A stretch of 64,000 nt of DNA from an uncultured Gemmatimonadaceae bacterium (GTDB taxonomy: Bacteria > Gemmatimonadota > Gemmatimonadetes > Gemmatimonadales > Gemmatimonadaceae), in NCBI GenBank assembly GCA_963829055.1, contig CAWHHI010000012.1:320001-384000 (forward strand). The letters are read 5' to 3'. The translations under genes and the position numbers were made by a program. This document shows, piece by piece, positions 1-9,308 of this stretch (positions within the stretch are counted from its first letter, which is position 1; every line of letters begins with the position of its first letter). The notes under the pieces are model-generated. The model saw nothing but the letters and a program-made list of their open reading frames with translations, was not told where the DNA came from and did not search any database.

Positions 1-591
1 GTCGACCGGCACGCCGGCGAAGATCGCCGAGAGCACACCGGAGATCGGCTGGAACGCTACCGAGTGCCGAACCTCGACGACGCGCTCGAAGGTCGCGGTC
101 ACGAGCAGGGTGACCATGAGCGCCGCGATCATCGACAGAATGAACACGGCGTCACCGGAGTGCACCTTGTCTCCCTGAAGGCGCTTCGGCTTGATGACGA
201 GGCGTCGATAGAGCAGCACGGCGACGGCGGCGAGCACGAGCCCGGCGAACAACTCCTGCGAGAGCAGGAAGAGATTGTAGAGCGGCGCGGGCAGGATGCG
301 CTCGAACCCAAACGCGGGGAACACGCCGCGCGCGAGGATCTCGGCCGAGCCGAGCGTGAGAACGACGAAGCCCCAGAACACCGACGCGTGGAGCGCGCCG
401 GCGAACGGATCACGGAGGATCTTGGACTGCCCGATCCCGATGACGAGGACGTTGCGAAGCCGCGTCCAGGGATGGTCGACTCGATTCTCGTCGAGTCCGG
501 TGCGGAGGTATTGCGTGAGTCGTTGCGCGTTGAACGAGAAGAATCCGAGCGCGCCGACGAGAACGAACAGGAAGACGACGTTCTGGGTCAT
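1..591 (-). CDS. Membrane-anchored Fe-S oxidoreductase (FadF/heterodisulfide-reductase-like), 5' part only; runs off the window edge
   Basis: Not in the ORF track. Read manually from ATG at 591: MTQNVVFLFVLVGALGFFSFNAQRL...NVLVIGIGQSKILRDPFAGALHASVFWGF, the typical membrane N-terminus of this family. Lies near etfAB. Confidence 0.7.
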   Translation of the reverse strand, partial: MTQNVVFLFVLVGALGFFSFNAQRLTQYLRTGLDENRVDHPWTRLRNVLVIGIGQSKILRDPFAGALHASVFWGFVVLTLGSAEILARGVFPAFGFERILPAPLYNLFLLSQELFAGLVLAAVAVLLYRRLVIKPKRLQGDKVHSGDAVFILSMIAALMVTLLVTATFERVVEVRHSVAFQPISGVLSAIFAGVPVD

Positions 592-607
592 GGGCAGAAC
601 GTAATCG

Positions 608-766
608 GGACTGGGGACTGGGGACTAGGGACTGGGGAACTGCGGCTGGTAGCTGGTCGCTCGTGCTGGTCGCTGGTCGAAACGCAAGAACCCTCGGGAC
701 GGCACGCTCTGCGAGCGCTGCATCCCGAGGGTTTCCCAGTCCCCAGTCCCTAGTCCCCAGTCCCCG
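608..766. repeat. Inverted heptamer tandem arrays (GGGGACT)n ... (AGTCCCC)n around an internal hairpin
   Basis: gggactggggactggggactagggactgggg at 608-640 pairs with cccagtccccagtccctagtccccagtcccc at ~735-766. Internal stem aaccctcggga...tcccgagggtt. Confidence 0.85.
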
Positions 767-767
767 C

Positions 768-1407
768 TTAGAAGCCGATCTTGAAGCCCGCAGTCAGGCC
801 CCAGTTGTGGGCCTTGGTGTCCTTCAGCTCTACGTTGCCGAAATCCGACCAGTCGAGCGACGTCACGTAGTCCTTCGCCATCACGCGAATGCCAAGCTTG
901 CCAAGTTGCCAGTCGACGCCGGCGCCGTAGTTGAACGCGGCGTTCGTGGAGCTGTTCGACGCGATGTCGTTGTTATCGCTCGAGTAGCGGATCGCACCTG
1001 CACCAGCCTGCACGAATGGCGAGATGCCGTTCGTCGCATTCGCCTTGAGTGGAAGACGAAGCTGCAGGTCGCCGTCGTACAGCCACACGCCGACGTCGTT
1101 CGAGGTTCAGGTCCTGGCCGTTCCCGAAGTAATTCTCGAACGTGAACTTCGAGCTCGAGTAGCCGAAGTTGCCGACGAGTGAGACGAAGCGGCCGAGATC
1201 GAGCTGTGCCTGTGCGCCGTACAGCGCGCCGTTCTCATTCGAGAACTCGACGTTGTTTCCCGACTCGAAGTAGTCGCCGAAGTTCATGTAGCCGACGTAC
1301 GGCGCAATGCTGAAGATCGCCGGCTTGTTCGAGAACGTGGACTGCTGCGCAGCCACCGGTGCCGCCACGGCTCCAAGTGCGAGTACTCCAACGACAAGAC
1401 GTTTCAT
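768..1407 (-). CDS. Outer-membrane beta-barrel protein (one frameshift near 1085-1110)
   Basis: Signal peptide MKRLVVGVLALGAVAAPVAAQ, alternating beta-strand pattern, C-terminal Phe (GFKIGF). Split over ORFs 973..1407 and 768..1088. Confidence 0.75.
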
Positions 1408-1488
1408 ATGGCCCTCTCCCTACTTCATGGTTGAGATCGATGCGCCGCAACCGCGGCTGCATAACGAGTGACCATGACTAATACAAGC

Positions 1489-1526
1489 AACGTGCCGCCA
1501 ATCAGAGGAATGATTGACGGCACGTT
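1489..1526. promoter_or_regulatory. 16-bp inverted repeat (terminator of etfBA or an operator)
   Basis: aacgtgccgccaatca-gaggaa-tgattgacggcacgtt, one mismatch. Confidence 0.5.
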
Positions 1527-1597
1527 AGGAACATCTTTACACGTCCGGTGTAGTCTCGCGACTTCGCGGCGCTAGCAGCGCGTCAGAACGCCCGGGG

Positions 1598-2587
1598 TCA
1601 GTGCGAAGCTTTTGCGTCCTTCACCGCGGCCGTGAGGGCAGGCACGATCTCCAGCACGTCTCCGACAATGCCGTAGTCCGCGATCTTGAAAATCGGTGCC
1701 TCACGATCCTTGTTGATCGCGACAATGGTTTTCGACGTGCGCATTCCGGCGAGATGCTGAATCGCTCCGGAAATGCCGACGGCGACATACAGATTCGGAC
1801 TCACCTGCCGGCCCGTCTGTCCAATCTGATCGCTGTGCGGACGCCACCCATCGTCGGTGACCGCGCGCGTCGCGCCGACCGCCGCGTTGCCGAACGCCGC
1901 CGCGAGATCCTCGACCAGCTTGAAGTTCTCCGCAGCGCGAAGACCACGTCCACCACTGACGATGATCGGCGCGTCGCCGAGATCGAGCTTCGACGTGTTG
2001 CCCGCGAGCGTCTCGGTGACTTTGACCTTCGACGCCGAAGGATCGCCGCTCGGCGTCGCGGTCTCGACACGTGGCGTTCGCGCTGCGTCGGCAACGGTCA
2101 CCGCACCGGGCCGCATGGAGATGACGGCCGGTGTTGCCGAGAGTGTGACGGTGGCGATCACCTTGCCGGTGTTCACCGGGTGTGTGCCGACGACCTTGTC
2201 GCCGGTGAGCGAGACCGTGATCAGGTCCGACGCCAGCGGCACGCCGAGCTTCGCCGCGACGCGAGGCGCGAGGTCCCTGCCCTGCGCGGACGCCACGAAC
2301 GTCACCGCGCGATAGCCGCCACTCTTCACGCGCTCGGCGATGAATGTCGCCAGCGCTTCGGGATTGTAGTTGGTGAGCGCTGGATGCTCGAGCGCGATCA
2401 CGACGTCAGCCCCTGCACCGCCTAACGCGCCAGCCTTGCCTGCAATCCCCGCGGCGCCAGCAACCACCGCGTGGACTTCCCCGCCGGCGGCGTCGGCGAG
2501 CGCACGCGCCACGCTCACCGCCTCGTAGGCGATTTTCCGGATCTCACCACCGCGCGTTTCCGCGAACGCGAGAACAGAGGTAGCCAT
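1598..2587 (-). CDS. etfA: Electron transfer flavoprotein subunit alpha
   Basis: IVSGGRG, QIGQTG, LYVAVGISGAIQHLAGM and IVAINKD motifs. Confidence 0.97.
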   Translation of the reverse strand: MATSVLAFAETRGGEIRKIAYEAVSVARALADAAGGEVHAVVAGAAGIAGKAGALGGAGADVVIALEHPALTNYNPEALATFIAERVKSGGYRAVTFVASAQGRDLAPRVAAKLGVPLASDLITVSLTGDKVVGTHPVNTGKVIATVTLSATPAVISMRPGAVTVADAARTPRVETATPSGDPSASKVKVTETLAGNTSKLDLGDAPIIVSGGRGLRAAENFKLVEDLAAAFGNAAVGATRAVTDDGWRPHSDQIGQTGRQVSPNLYVAVGISGAIQHLAGMRTSKTIVAINKDREAPIFKIADYGIVGDVLEIVPALTAAVKDAKASH

Positions 2588-3339
2588 CAGAGTACTTTCG
2601 CCTCGGTCTGTAGCAGTCGGACCAGCTCGGGTACCGCGGCGACTCCCTCGCCGATGATCCGCCCAGCGGGCCGCTCAGGAGGTAGCGCCATGGTCGTGAC
2701 GGTCATGCGAACGTCGCCGACCTGTGCGGGCTTCACTTCGAGCGGCTTCTTCTTCGCCGCCATGATGCCCTTGAGCGACGGGTACCGTGGACGGGCGACG
2801 CCTTCGTCGATCGTGACCACGGCCGGCAGTGGGAACTCCAGCATCTCCGCCGCACCTTCGAGCTCGCGACGCGCCGTTCCCTTGCCGCCGGCCACGTCCA
2901 GCTTCGACGCGGCAGCCACGCACGGAAGGTTCAACAACTCCGCCGTCATCGGCCCGACCGCCCCATTCGACGAGTCGATGGACATCTTGCCGAACAGGAT
3001 CAGGTCGTATCCGCCTCCCTGCAACTCGGCCGCGAGCGCTCGGGCGATCGCAAAGTTGTCGAAGGGAATGCTGTCGACCTTCAGGTGAACGGCTCGCGCG
3101 GCGCCCATGCTCAGCGCCTTGCGGAGGGTCTCCTGCGCGGCGTCGGGCCCAAGGCTCAGGACGACGACCTCGCCGGTGCCAAGTTTTTCGGTCATCTGAA
3201 GCGCCGCTTCGACGGCATAGCCGTCGAAGTCGCTGATGTCCCACTTGAGCCCGGTTTCGTCGACGCCGGTGCCGCTCGACGCAATCTTGAAGCGCACGTC
3301 CATTTCGGGCACGCGCTTGATACAGACGGCAATCTTCAC
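2587..3339 (-). CDS. etfB: Electron transfer flavoprotein subunit beta
   Basis: MKIAVCIKRVP, ALSMGA and PRYPSLKGIMAAKKKP motifs; abuts etfA. Confidence 0.97.
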   Translation of the reverse strand: MKIAVCIKRVPEMDVRFKIASSGTGVDETGLKWDISDFDGYAVEAALQMTEKLGTGEVVVLSLGPDAAQETLRKALSMGAARAVHLKVDSIPFDNFAIARALAAELQGGGYDLILFGKMSIDSSNGAVGPMTAELLNLPCVAAASKLDVAGGKGTARRELEGAAEMLEFPLPAVVTIDEGVARPRYPSLKGIMAAKKKPLEVKPAQVGDVRMTVTTMALPPERPAGRIIGEGVAAVPELVRLLQTEAKVL

Positions 3340-3352
3340 CGTCGAACCTCGC

Positions 3353-3370
3353 TTGTGAAGGATTTCACAA
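3353..3370. promoter_or_regulatory. Rex operator (perfect consensus) upstream of etfB
   Basis: TTGTGAA-GGAT-TTCACAA matches the Rex consensus TTGTGAA-N4-TTCACAA, 13 nt upstream of the etfB start. Confidence 0.8.
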
Positions 3371-3418
3371 GAAAAGGTAGGCGGACCACCCGACGGCGTC
3401 CAGCGCCATATCGGTGCT

Positions 3419-3785
3419 TCACGGAGCGGTGATGTCCGGCGTGCCGCCGATGCCCGCCACGAGAGACCCGAACGTGTGTGAGCGGGGGCCGGTCGTGTAT
3501 TCCTGGCTGCGCTTGGTGACAGCGTACGCGAAGACCAGCGGCCCCAGGCGAACCCCCGCGGATCCGTGCGATCCGGCCCAGCGAGCTCCGCGATCGGGTC
3601 GCCCAGGGGTGCGACATGTTGATTCCCATGCGCAGGTCCGCGCCGGCCTCAGCGTTCGTGAGCACGTTGCCTAACGAGGCCCGCGCCGACGATCGCGTCG
3701 ATGATCGCACGCCGCGGACGGTGCCCGAGAAGAGCAACCACGCTGCCGTGCATCGACGATGACCGCCAGGTTCAGAAGCCATGCC
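3419..3785 (-). pseudogene. Degenerate remnant of a second LpxR/DUF2219-family gene (C-terminal pieces)
   Basis: Fragments SLGNVLTNAEAGADLRMGINMSHPW and RSQEYTTGPRSHTFGSL align by eye to SLGNILTEGETGFQSRVGVNLSNPW and RSREYGTGPSGHAYSTL of the neighbouring gene. Confidence 0.7.
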
Positions 3786-3851
3786 TTTACGACCGGGCCA
3801 TGAACGGTCGTGTCCGGAATCGACGCGATGCCCTACCCTGTGCCGAGCCGC

Positions 3852-4913
3852 TCAATGAGCGCGCGCAGGAACCTCGTAGCTCACGAACAGTGTGCTATAC
3901 GCGTGTCCTGACGGCCCCGTGCCGTACTCTCGGCTGCGCGTGACCGCGCGCCATTCCGCGACGAGGCCGCGCACGCGCCCGCCAATACCCACGGAGTACT
4001 CGCCAACAAACGGCGTGCGGTCAACCCGTCGCGCGGCGCCGACCGTGTTCCCATCCAGCGTGATGTTGCGCGCGACGGCTTCGACGCGCGCGCCGCCATG
4101 GAGGTAGATCTCGAAGGGCGCGCGGGAACGCCAGCCGCTGGTCCACCACGGATTCGAGAGATTCACGCCGACCCGCGATTGAAAGCCGGTCTCGCCCTCG
4201 GTGAGAATGTTGCCCAGCGACACGCCGATGTGCGGAACGAAGTCGGCAATGGCGTTGCCGGACGCGGTCCGCGCCGTAAAGCGGTGCGTATTTCTCGCCG
4301 TGAGCACGACACCGGGTTCGAAGCCAATCTGAGTGTCCCACCCGACGGGCTCGCGCGAGTACACGCCGGTCAATTTGTGCGCGGTGCGCTGCGCGAACTC
4401 GCCGAACGCCGGCCGCCCGGTGACACCAAGCTCCAGGCCTACGGTGCGGAGCGATCGCTCGGACGCGATGCGCGCCTCCGCGCCGGCGTACAACCATGCG
4501 GCGTACGGGCGTTCGTTCTGCCAGTCGGGGACGACCCCCGGTTCGTGACCCGGCTTCGGCGTGTACATGTCCTGACCGATCGACAGCGCCGTCGTTAGGC
4601 AGCGCATGTCAGGCGTCTCGGCGCCGTCGCACGGTGAGCGGCGCTTCGCGAAGCGCTTGCCCCACCACGGGGCGCCGGCGATCTCGATCACGACCTGATC
4701 GCCGTTCGTGTATTCCTTGTCGGGGCGGTCCGTGATGGAGCGCCAGAAGTTGAACGCGTCGTTGTCCGCACGCACGCTCATGCGCCACGGCCGCTGCACG
4801 CCCGCACGCTGCGTTGGCAACGAGGCGGTGGGCTGCTGCGCGCTGGCCTGGGACGTCGGCGGCGCAAGCAGTGTCGCCACCACCGTCGAAGCCAGCACGC
4901 CAGCGACCTTCAT
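3852..4913 (-). CDS. Lipid A deacylase LpxR family (DUF2219) outer-membrane protein
   Basis: Signal peptide, then DNDAF...DKEYTNG, IGQDMYTP, RPYAAWLY and ARNITLDGN motifs. Start uncertain. Confidence 0.85.
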   Translation of the reverse strand: MKVAGVLASTVVATLLAPPTSQASAQQPTASLPTQRAGVQRPWRMSVRADNDAFNFWRSITDRPDKEYTNGDQVVIEIAGAPWWGKRFAKRRSPCDGAETPDMRCLTTALSIGQDMYTPKPGHEPGVVPDWQNERPYAAWLYAGAEARIASERSLRTVGLELGVTGRPAFGEFAQRTAHKLTGVYSREPVGWDTQIGFEPGVVLTARNTHRFTARTASGNAIADFVPHIGVSLGNILTEGETGFQSRVGVNLSNPWWTSGWRSRAPFEIYLHGGARVEAVARNITLDGNTVGAARRVDRTPFVGEYSVGIGGRVRGLVAEWRAVTRSREYGTGPSGHAYSTLFVSYEVPARAH

Positions 4914-5008
4914 CGCCCGCGCAAGCCGCACGCGGACAGGAGACATCAGCAGACGCGATTCGGCGCGAGCGTCGACATCCAACGCGACGAGCGAGTCGTG
5001 CCCGTTCG

Positions 5009-6190
5009 TCAGTTGAACGCGTTGATGCCCGTCACCGCCTGACCGAGGATCAGCGTGTGTACGTCGTGCGTCCCCTCGTACGTGTACACGCTCTCGAGAT
5101 TCGCCATGTGACGCATCGACGCGTACTCGGCCAGAATGCCATTCGCGCCCAGTAGCCGTCGCGCCTCGCGCGCGATGTCCGTCGCCATGTTGACGTTGTT
5201 CCGCTTCGCGAGTGACACCTGCTGCGGCGTCATCGTGCCGCGGTCCTTGAGGCGGCCCAGGTGGAGCGACACGAGCTGCGCCTTCACGATCTCCGTGACC
5301 ATGTCGGCGAGGCGCGCTTGCTGGATCTGGAACCCGGCGAGCGGTTTGTCGAACATCACGCGGTTCCGCGCGTACGAGAGCGACTCCTCGTAACACGCCA
5401 TCGCGGCGCCGATCGCTCCCCACGAGATGCCATACCGTGCCTGCGTGAGGCACATGAGGGGGCTCTTGAGGCCGCCCGACTTCGGGAGGATCGCATCGGC
5501 GGGAACGCATACGTCCTGAAAGACGAGCTCACTGGTGTCCGAGGCACGGAGTGACAGCTTGCCCTTCTGATCCTTGGCCGTGAACCCGGGCGTGTTCGTC
5601 GGGATGACGAAGCCGCGGATGGACTTGTCGGACTTGTCGTCGTTCGTCTTCGCCCAGACGACGGCGACCTGCGCCTGGGATCCGTTGGTGATCCACATCT
5701 TGCCGCCATTGATGATCCACGTCCCATCGCTCTGCTCGCGGGCCATGGTGATCATGCCGGACGGGTTGGATCCGTAGTCCGGTTCCGTGAGGCCGAAGCA
5801 TCCGATCACTTCACCCTTCGCCATCGCGGGCAGCAGGCGGCGCTTCTGCTCCTCGCTGCCGAACGCATAGATCGGGTACATCACGAGCGCGCCCTGGACT
5901 GACGCGAACGACCGGATGCCGGAGTCGCCGCGCTCGAGCTCCTGCATGATGAGCCCGTACGAGACGTTATTGAGCCCCGCGCAGCCGTATTCCTCGGGCA
6001 GATTGGCGCCGAGGACGCCGAGCGCGGCCATCTCGGGAATGAGCTCTTTCGGGAACCGACCGTCGACGTAGCACTTGCCGATGATCGGGAGGACGCGTTC
6101 GTCGACGAACTGTCGGACGCTGTCGCGGACGGCGCGCTCCTCTTCGGCGAGCACGGTGTCGATATCGTAGAAATCGATTGGAGATGGCAT
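5009..6190 (-). CDS. gcdH: Acyl-CoA dehydrogenase, glutaryl-CoA dehydrogenase-like
   Basis: GCFGLTEPDYGSNP, KMWITNG and LESVYTYEGTHDVHTLILG motifs. Confidence 0.85.
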   Translation of the reverse strand: MPSPIDFYDIDTVLAEEERAVRDSVRQFVDERVLPIIGKCYVDGRFPKELIPEMAALGVLGANLPEEYGCAGLNNVSYGLIMQELERGDSGIRSFASVQGALVMYPIYAFGSEEQKRRLLPAMAKGEVIGCFGLTEPDYGSNPSGMITMAREQSDGTWIINGGKMWITNGSQAQVAVVWAKTNDDKSDKSIRGFVIPTNTPGFTAKDQKGKLSLRASDTSELVFQDVCVPADAILPKSGGLKSPLMCLTQARYGISWGAIGAAMACYEESLSYARNRVMFDKPLAGFQIQQARLADMVTEIVKAQLVSLHLGRLKDRGTMTPQQVSLAKRNNVNMATDIAREARRLLGANGILAEYASMRHMANLESVYTYEGTHDVHTLILGQAVTGINAFN

Positions 6191-6234
6191 AGGCGGGAAA
6201 ACTTAACGAGCGGAGTCCGATCGGGCATTACAGA

Positions 6235-6654
6235 TCATCGCGCGGGGGCCGGTGGGAACTGCGATTCGGCGGATGTGCTACTGGGACCGACCGGATCCGG
6301 CTTTGCATTCAGGCATTATCGTGCCGGGCCGGTGGGAACTACGATTTTGCGGATGACACGGAAAACGGCCGGATACGGCTTTGCATCGACGCTGGCTCTC
6401 GCCGGACCTTGATTGAATGAATGGGAACAGCCGCTCGGGAGACTCCTGCGTCCCGAGCGGCCGTTCCCAAGAGATCCGGCTCGTTGCGTGAGGAGCCGGA
6501 TCTACCGAGCGGCATCCTGCTTCTTCCGCGTCATCCGCGGAATCGCCGTTCCCACCGGCCGCGGGCGCAACGATGCCTGAATGCAGAGCCGTATCCGGTA
6601 GTCTCGCAGTACAGATCCGCCAAATCGTAGTTCCCACCGGGCCCGGCGCGATGA
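6235..6654. repeat. ~420-bp nested inverted-repeat intergenic element
   Basis: Two direct copies of GGCCGGTGGGAACT.CGATT..GCGGATG...CCGGAT.CGGCTTTGCAT (~6247, ~6327) are mirrored by two inverted copies ending ~6560 and ~6645. Two central hairpins at 6422-6469 and 6472-6503. Confidence 0.85.
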
Positions 6655-6672
6655 ACTGGACCGACGATCGTG

Positions 6673-7455
6673 TCACTCCTCGCGCGCGGCCTTGAGCGAC
6701 AGGTGCTGCGCCGCCGCGGGGGCGTTCTTCTCGCGCGGCAGATCGCGGCGCGAACGCACCGGTGTAACGGTTCGGCGCGCGGAGGGGGCGACGCCGACTT
6801 CGCGCGCTTTCGCACGGAACACGCGGCCGTGATCGATCGGGTGGCCGGTCTCGTCCTGCCACTGGTGCACCATCTCGTGCAGCAGCGTGTGCAGGGCCTC
6901 CTCCCACCCGTGACGGCGGATGTGTCGGCGACTCACGACGATCTCGGACGGCTCGCCCGAAGCGGACGCCGACATGTAGTGACCGAGTCGCGCGCGCATG
7001 CGGCGGGAGACGCGCACCGTAATGGCCTTGAGCGCGCCATCGAAGTGGCGATCGTTGTACCGGCGATGCCACTGCGTCAGACGCTTCGTGAGCGGCGCGT
7101 CATCGGGGTGCGCCGCGTCTGGCCTCCGAATTCTCGGCGACCGCGCGATGGGATGCGCGAGGATGCGACGCCGCGCGAGTCGCCGTGCCGCCGGCGTGCG
7201 TCCGTTCACGAACATCACGATCGACGCGAGCACCTCGTTCGGCGCCGTGAGGTACCCCTGATGCACGCGCAGCTCGCGCCCGCGATAGCTCACCATGACC
7301 GCGCGATTCCGCGTCAGGCGGCAGCGGTCGATGTCGGTGAGTCCCATCCCCTTGAGCCGCACGAGCAGCTCGGACGCCGTCCGCGGCGCCGTGTCGAACG
7401 CGAGCTGCAGTTGGTCCTGCGACCGTGCAAACAACTTGCCTAACGATCGAAGCAC
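6673..7455 (-). CDS. SprT-family zinc metalloprotease
   Basis: TLLHEMVHQWQ...HGRVF (HExxH) and YNDRHFDG motifs. GTG start at 7455 assumed. Confidence 0.85.
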   Translation of the reverse strand: MLRSLGKLFARSQDQLQLAFDTAPRTASELLVRLKGMGLTDIDRCRLTRNRAVMVSYRGRELRVHQGYLTAPNEVLASIVMFVNGRTPAARRLARRRILAHPIARSPRIRRPDAAHPDDAPLTKRLTQWHRRYNDRHFDGALKAITVRVSRRMRARLGHYMSASASGEPSEIVVSRRHIRRHGWEEALHTLLHEMVHQWQDETGHPIDHGRVFRAKAREVGVAPSARRTVTPVRSRRDLPREKNAPAAAQHLSLKAAREE

Positions 7456-8282
7456 CGTGAGGGTCCTGGTGTGAAAGTCCGCTCGGCCGCCGACCACACG
7501 AGCGTCGCGACCTCAATCGTCTGTTCTCGAATCGTAATGACGTTTGCCGACGACGGGCGGCCACCTCGCGATCTGCTGGAGACGGTACCGGCCGTAGAAA
7601 TCACCGTGCCCTTCTGTGTGTGCTCGATGAAGTGGACCGCTTCCTGATGGTCGTGTCCACAGAGCACGAGGTCCACACCCATCTGCGCGAAGGCACCGAG
7701 CACCTTGCGCGTATCCTTGAGTCCGTGTCGACCGGAGAGCTCTCCCTTCACCGGGTTGTGATGCATCACGATGACACGCGCCGCGTCGGCTGGTGAGCCT
7801 TCGAACTCCTCGCGCGCGCGATCGATCTGCGAGCGCTTGAGCGCGCCGATGATCGAGATGTCCCGCACGCGCCACGTGAGTGTATGGCGAGTGACTCCCT
7901 GTGCAGTATTGAGGCCCACGAACGTCGCGCCGGGCACGCGCAGCACCGGCTCGAGATCTTCGGAGATGTATTGCCGATAGTTCTCGTACGGTCGGTCCTT
8001 GTCACCGATGCCGAGTGGGGCTTTCCACCACACGACGTCGTGGTTGCCGGGGATGACGATGGTCTTGCTCACGCGGTTCGCGTCGCGGATGAACGCCTGC
8101 GCGGCCACGAACTCGCCGGGGTGAGCACGCTGTGAGAGATCGCCCGAGATCGCCACGACGTCGAAGCGACGCTCCTGCACGATCGTCTCGATCGCGGCGA
8201 TCTGCTCCGGGATCGTCGGGCGCCCGAAATGCAGATCAGACACGTGAAACACCGTCAGCATTGTGCCACCTGCAGCTGTCAC
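7440..8282 (-). CDS. Metallophosphoesterase (Icc/CpdA-like)
   Basis: SDLHFG, SGDLS, PGNHD and CGHDH calcineurin-like motifs. Confidence 0.9.
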   Translation of the reverse strand: MTAAGGTMLTVFHVSDLHFGRPTIPEQIAAIETIVQERRFDVVAISGDLSQRAHPGEFVAAQAFIRDANRVSKTIVIPGNHDVVWWKAPLGIGDKDRPYENYRQYISEDLEPVLRVPGATFVGLNTAQGVTRHTLTWRVRDISIIGALKRSQIDRAREEFEGSPADAARVIVMHHNPVKGELSGRHGLKDTRKVLGAFAQMGVDLVLCGHDHQEAVHFIEHTQKGTVISTAGTVSSRSRGGRPSSANVITIREQTIEVATLVWSAAERTFTPGPSRCFDR

Positions 8283-9296
8283 GCGAGGCGGGCGATGATG
8301 GCGTCGGAGAATTGTGCGGTGGTCGCGGTGCCGCCCAGGTCGCGCGTGACGGTCTTTCGTTCGCGGATCACGCTCTCCATGGCGTCACGAATGCGGCGCG
8401 CGCGTGCGTGGTCCTCGAGGTGCTCGAGCATCAGGCACGCCGCGTAAATGAGTGCGCCCGGGTTCGCGACGCCCTTCCCCGCGATGTCCGGCGCCGTGCC
8501 GTGCACCGCCTCGAAGATCGCGGCGTTCTCACCGAGGTTGGCGCCTGGCGCGAGACCGAGTCCGCCGACGAGTCCCGAGATGAGATCGGAGAGGATGTCG
8601 CCGAACAGGTTCGTCGTCACGACGACGTCGAAGATCTCCGGCTTGATGACGAGCTGCATGGCCATCGCGTCGACGATGCGCTCGTCGTATTCCACGCGAC
8701 CGGCGAACTCTTTCGCGAGTGCTTGCCCGACTTCCCGAAAGAGGCCGCCGGTCATCTTCAGGATGTTCGCCTTGTGCACGAGCGTGACTTTCTTGCGGCC
8801 GTGCGCGACGCGCGTACTCGAACGCGTAACGAATGATGCGCTCCGAGCCGTAGCGCGTGACGACGGCGGTCGATTCGGCGGCGGCACGCGGATCGGGACC
8901 GATCGCGATGTAGTGCTCGATGCCGGAGTAGAGACCTTCCGTGTTCTCGCGGATGAGCACGATGTCGACGTTCTCGAATCGCCCGCCCGGAACGACGGAA
9001 CGCGCCGGACGTACGTTCGCGTACAGATCGAACGTGCGACGCAGCGCGACGTTGACCGACCGATAGCCACCGCCGACGGGCGTCTCGAGCGGGCCCTTCA
9101 GCGCGAGACCCGTGCGCTCGATCGACTCGATGGTCTCGTCAGGCATCGGATCATCGAACTTGTCGACGGCGGCCATGCCGGCGAGCCGTCGGTCCCATTC
9201 GAATTCGGCGCCCGCCGCTTCGAGAACGCGTACGGTCGCGTCGGTGATGTCAGGTCCGATGCCATCGCCGGGGATCAGCGTGCAGGGAACGCCCAT
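8279..9296 (-). CDS. Isocitrate/isopropylmalate dehydrogenase family protein (frameshift near 8805)
   Basis: IPGDGIGPDI, LKGPLETP, IRENTEG, VHKANILK, NLFGDILSD and FEAVHGTAPDIAGKG motifs across two frames. Confidence 0.9.
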
Positions 9297-9308
9297 ATGT
9301 CGTTCAGC

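Noticed and set aside
6235..6654. Repeats as a CRISPR array
   Set aside because: The copies are inverted and degenerate, with no regular repeat-spacer period and no cas genes.
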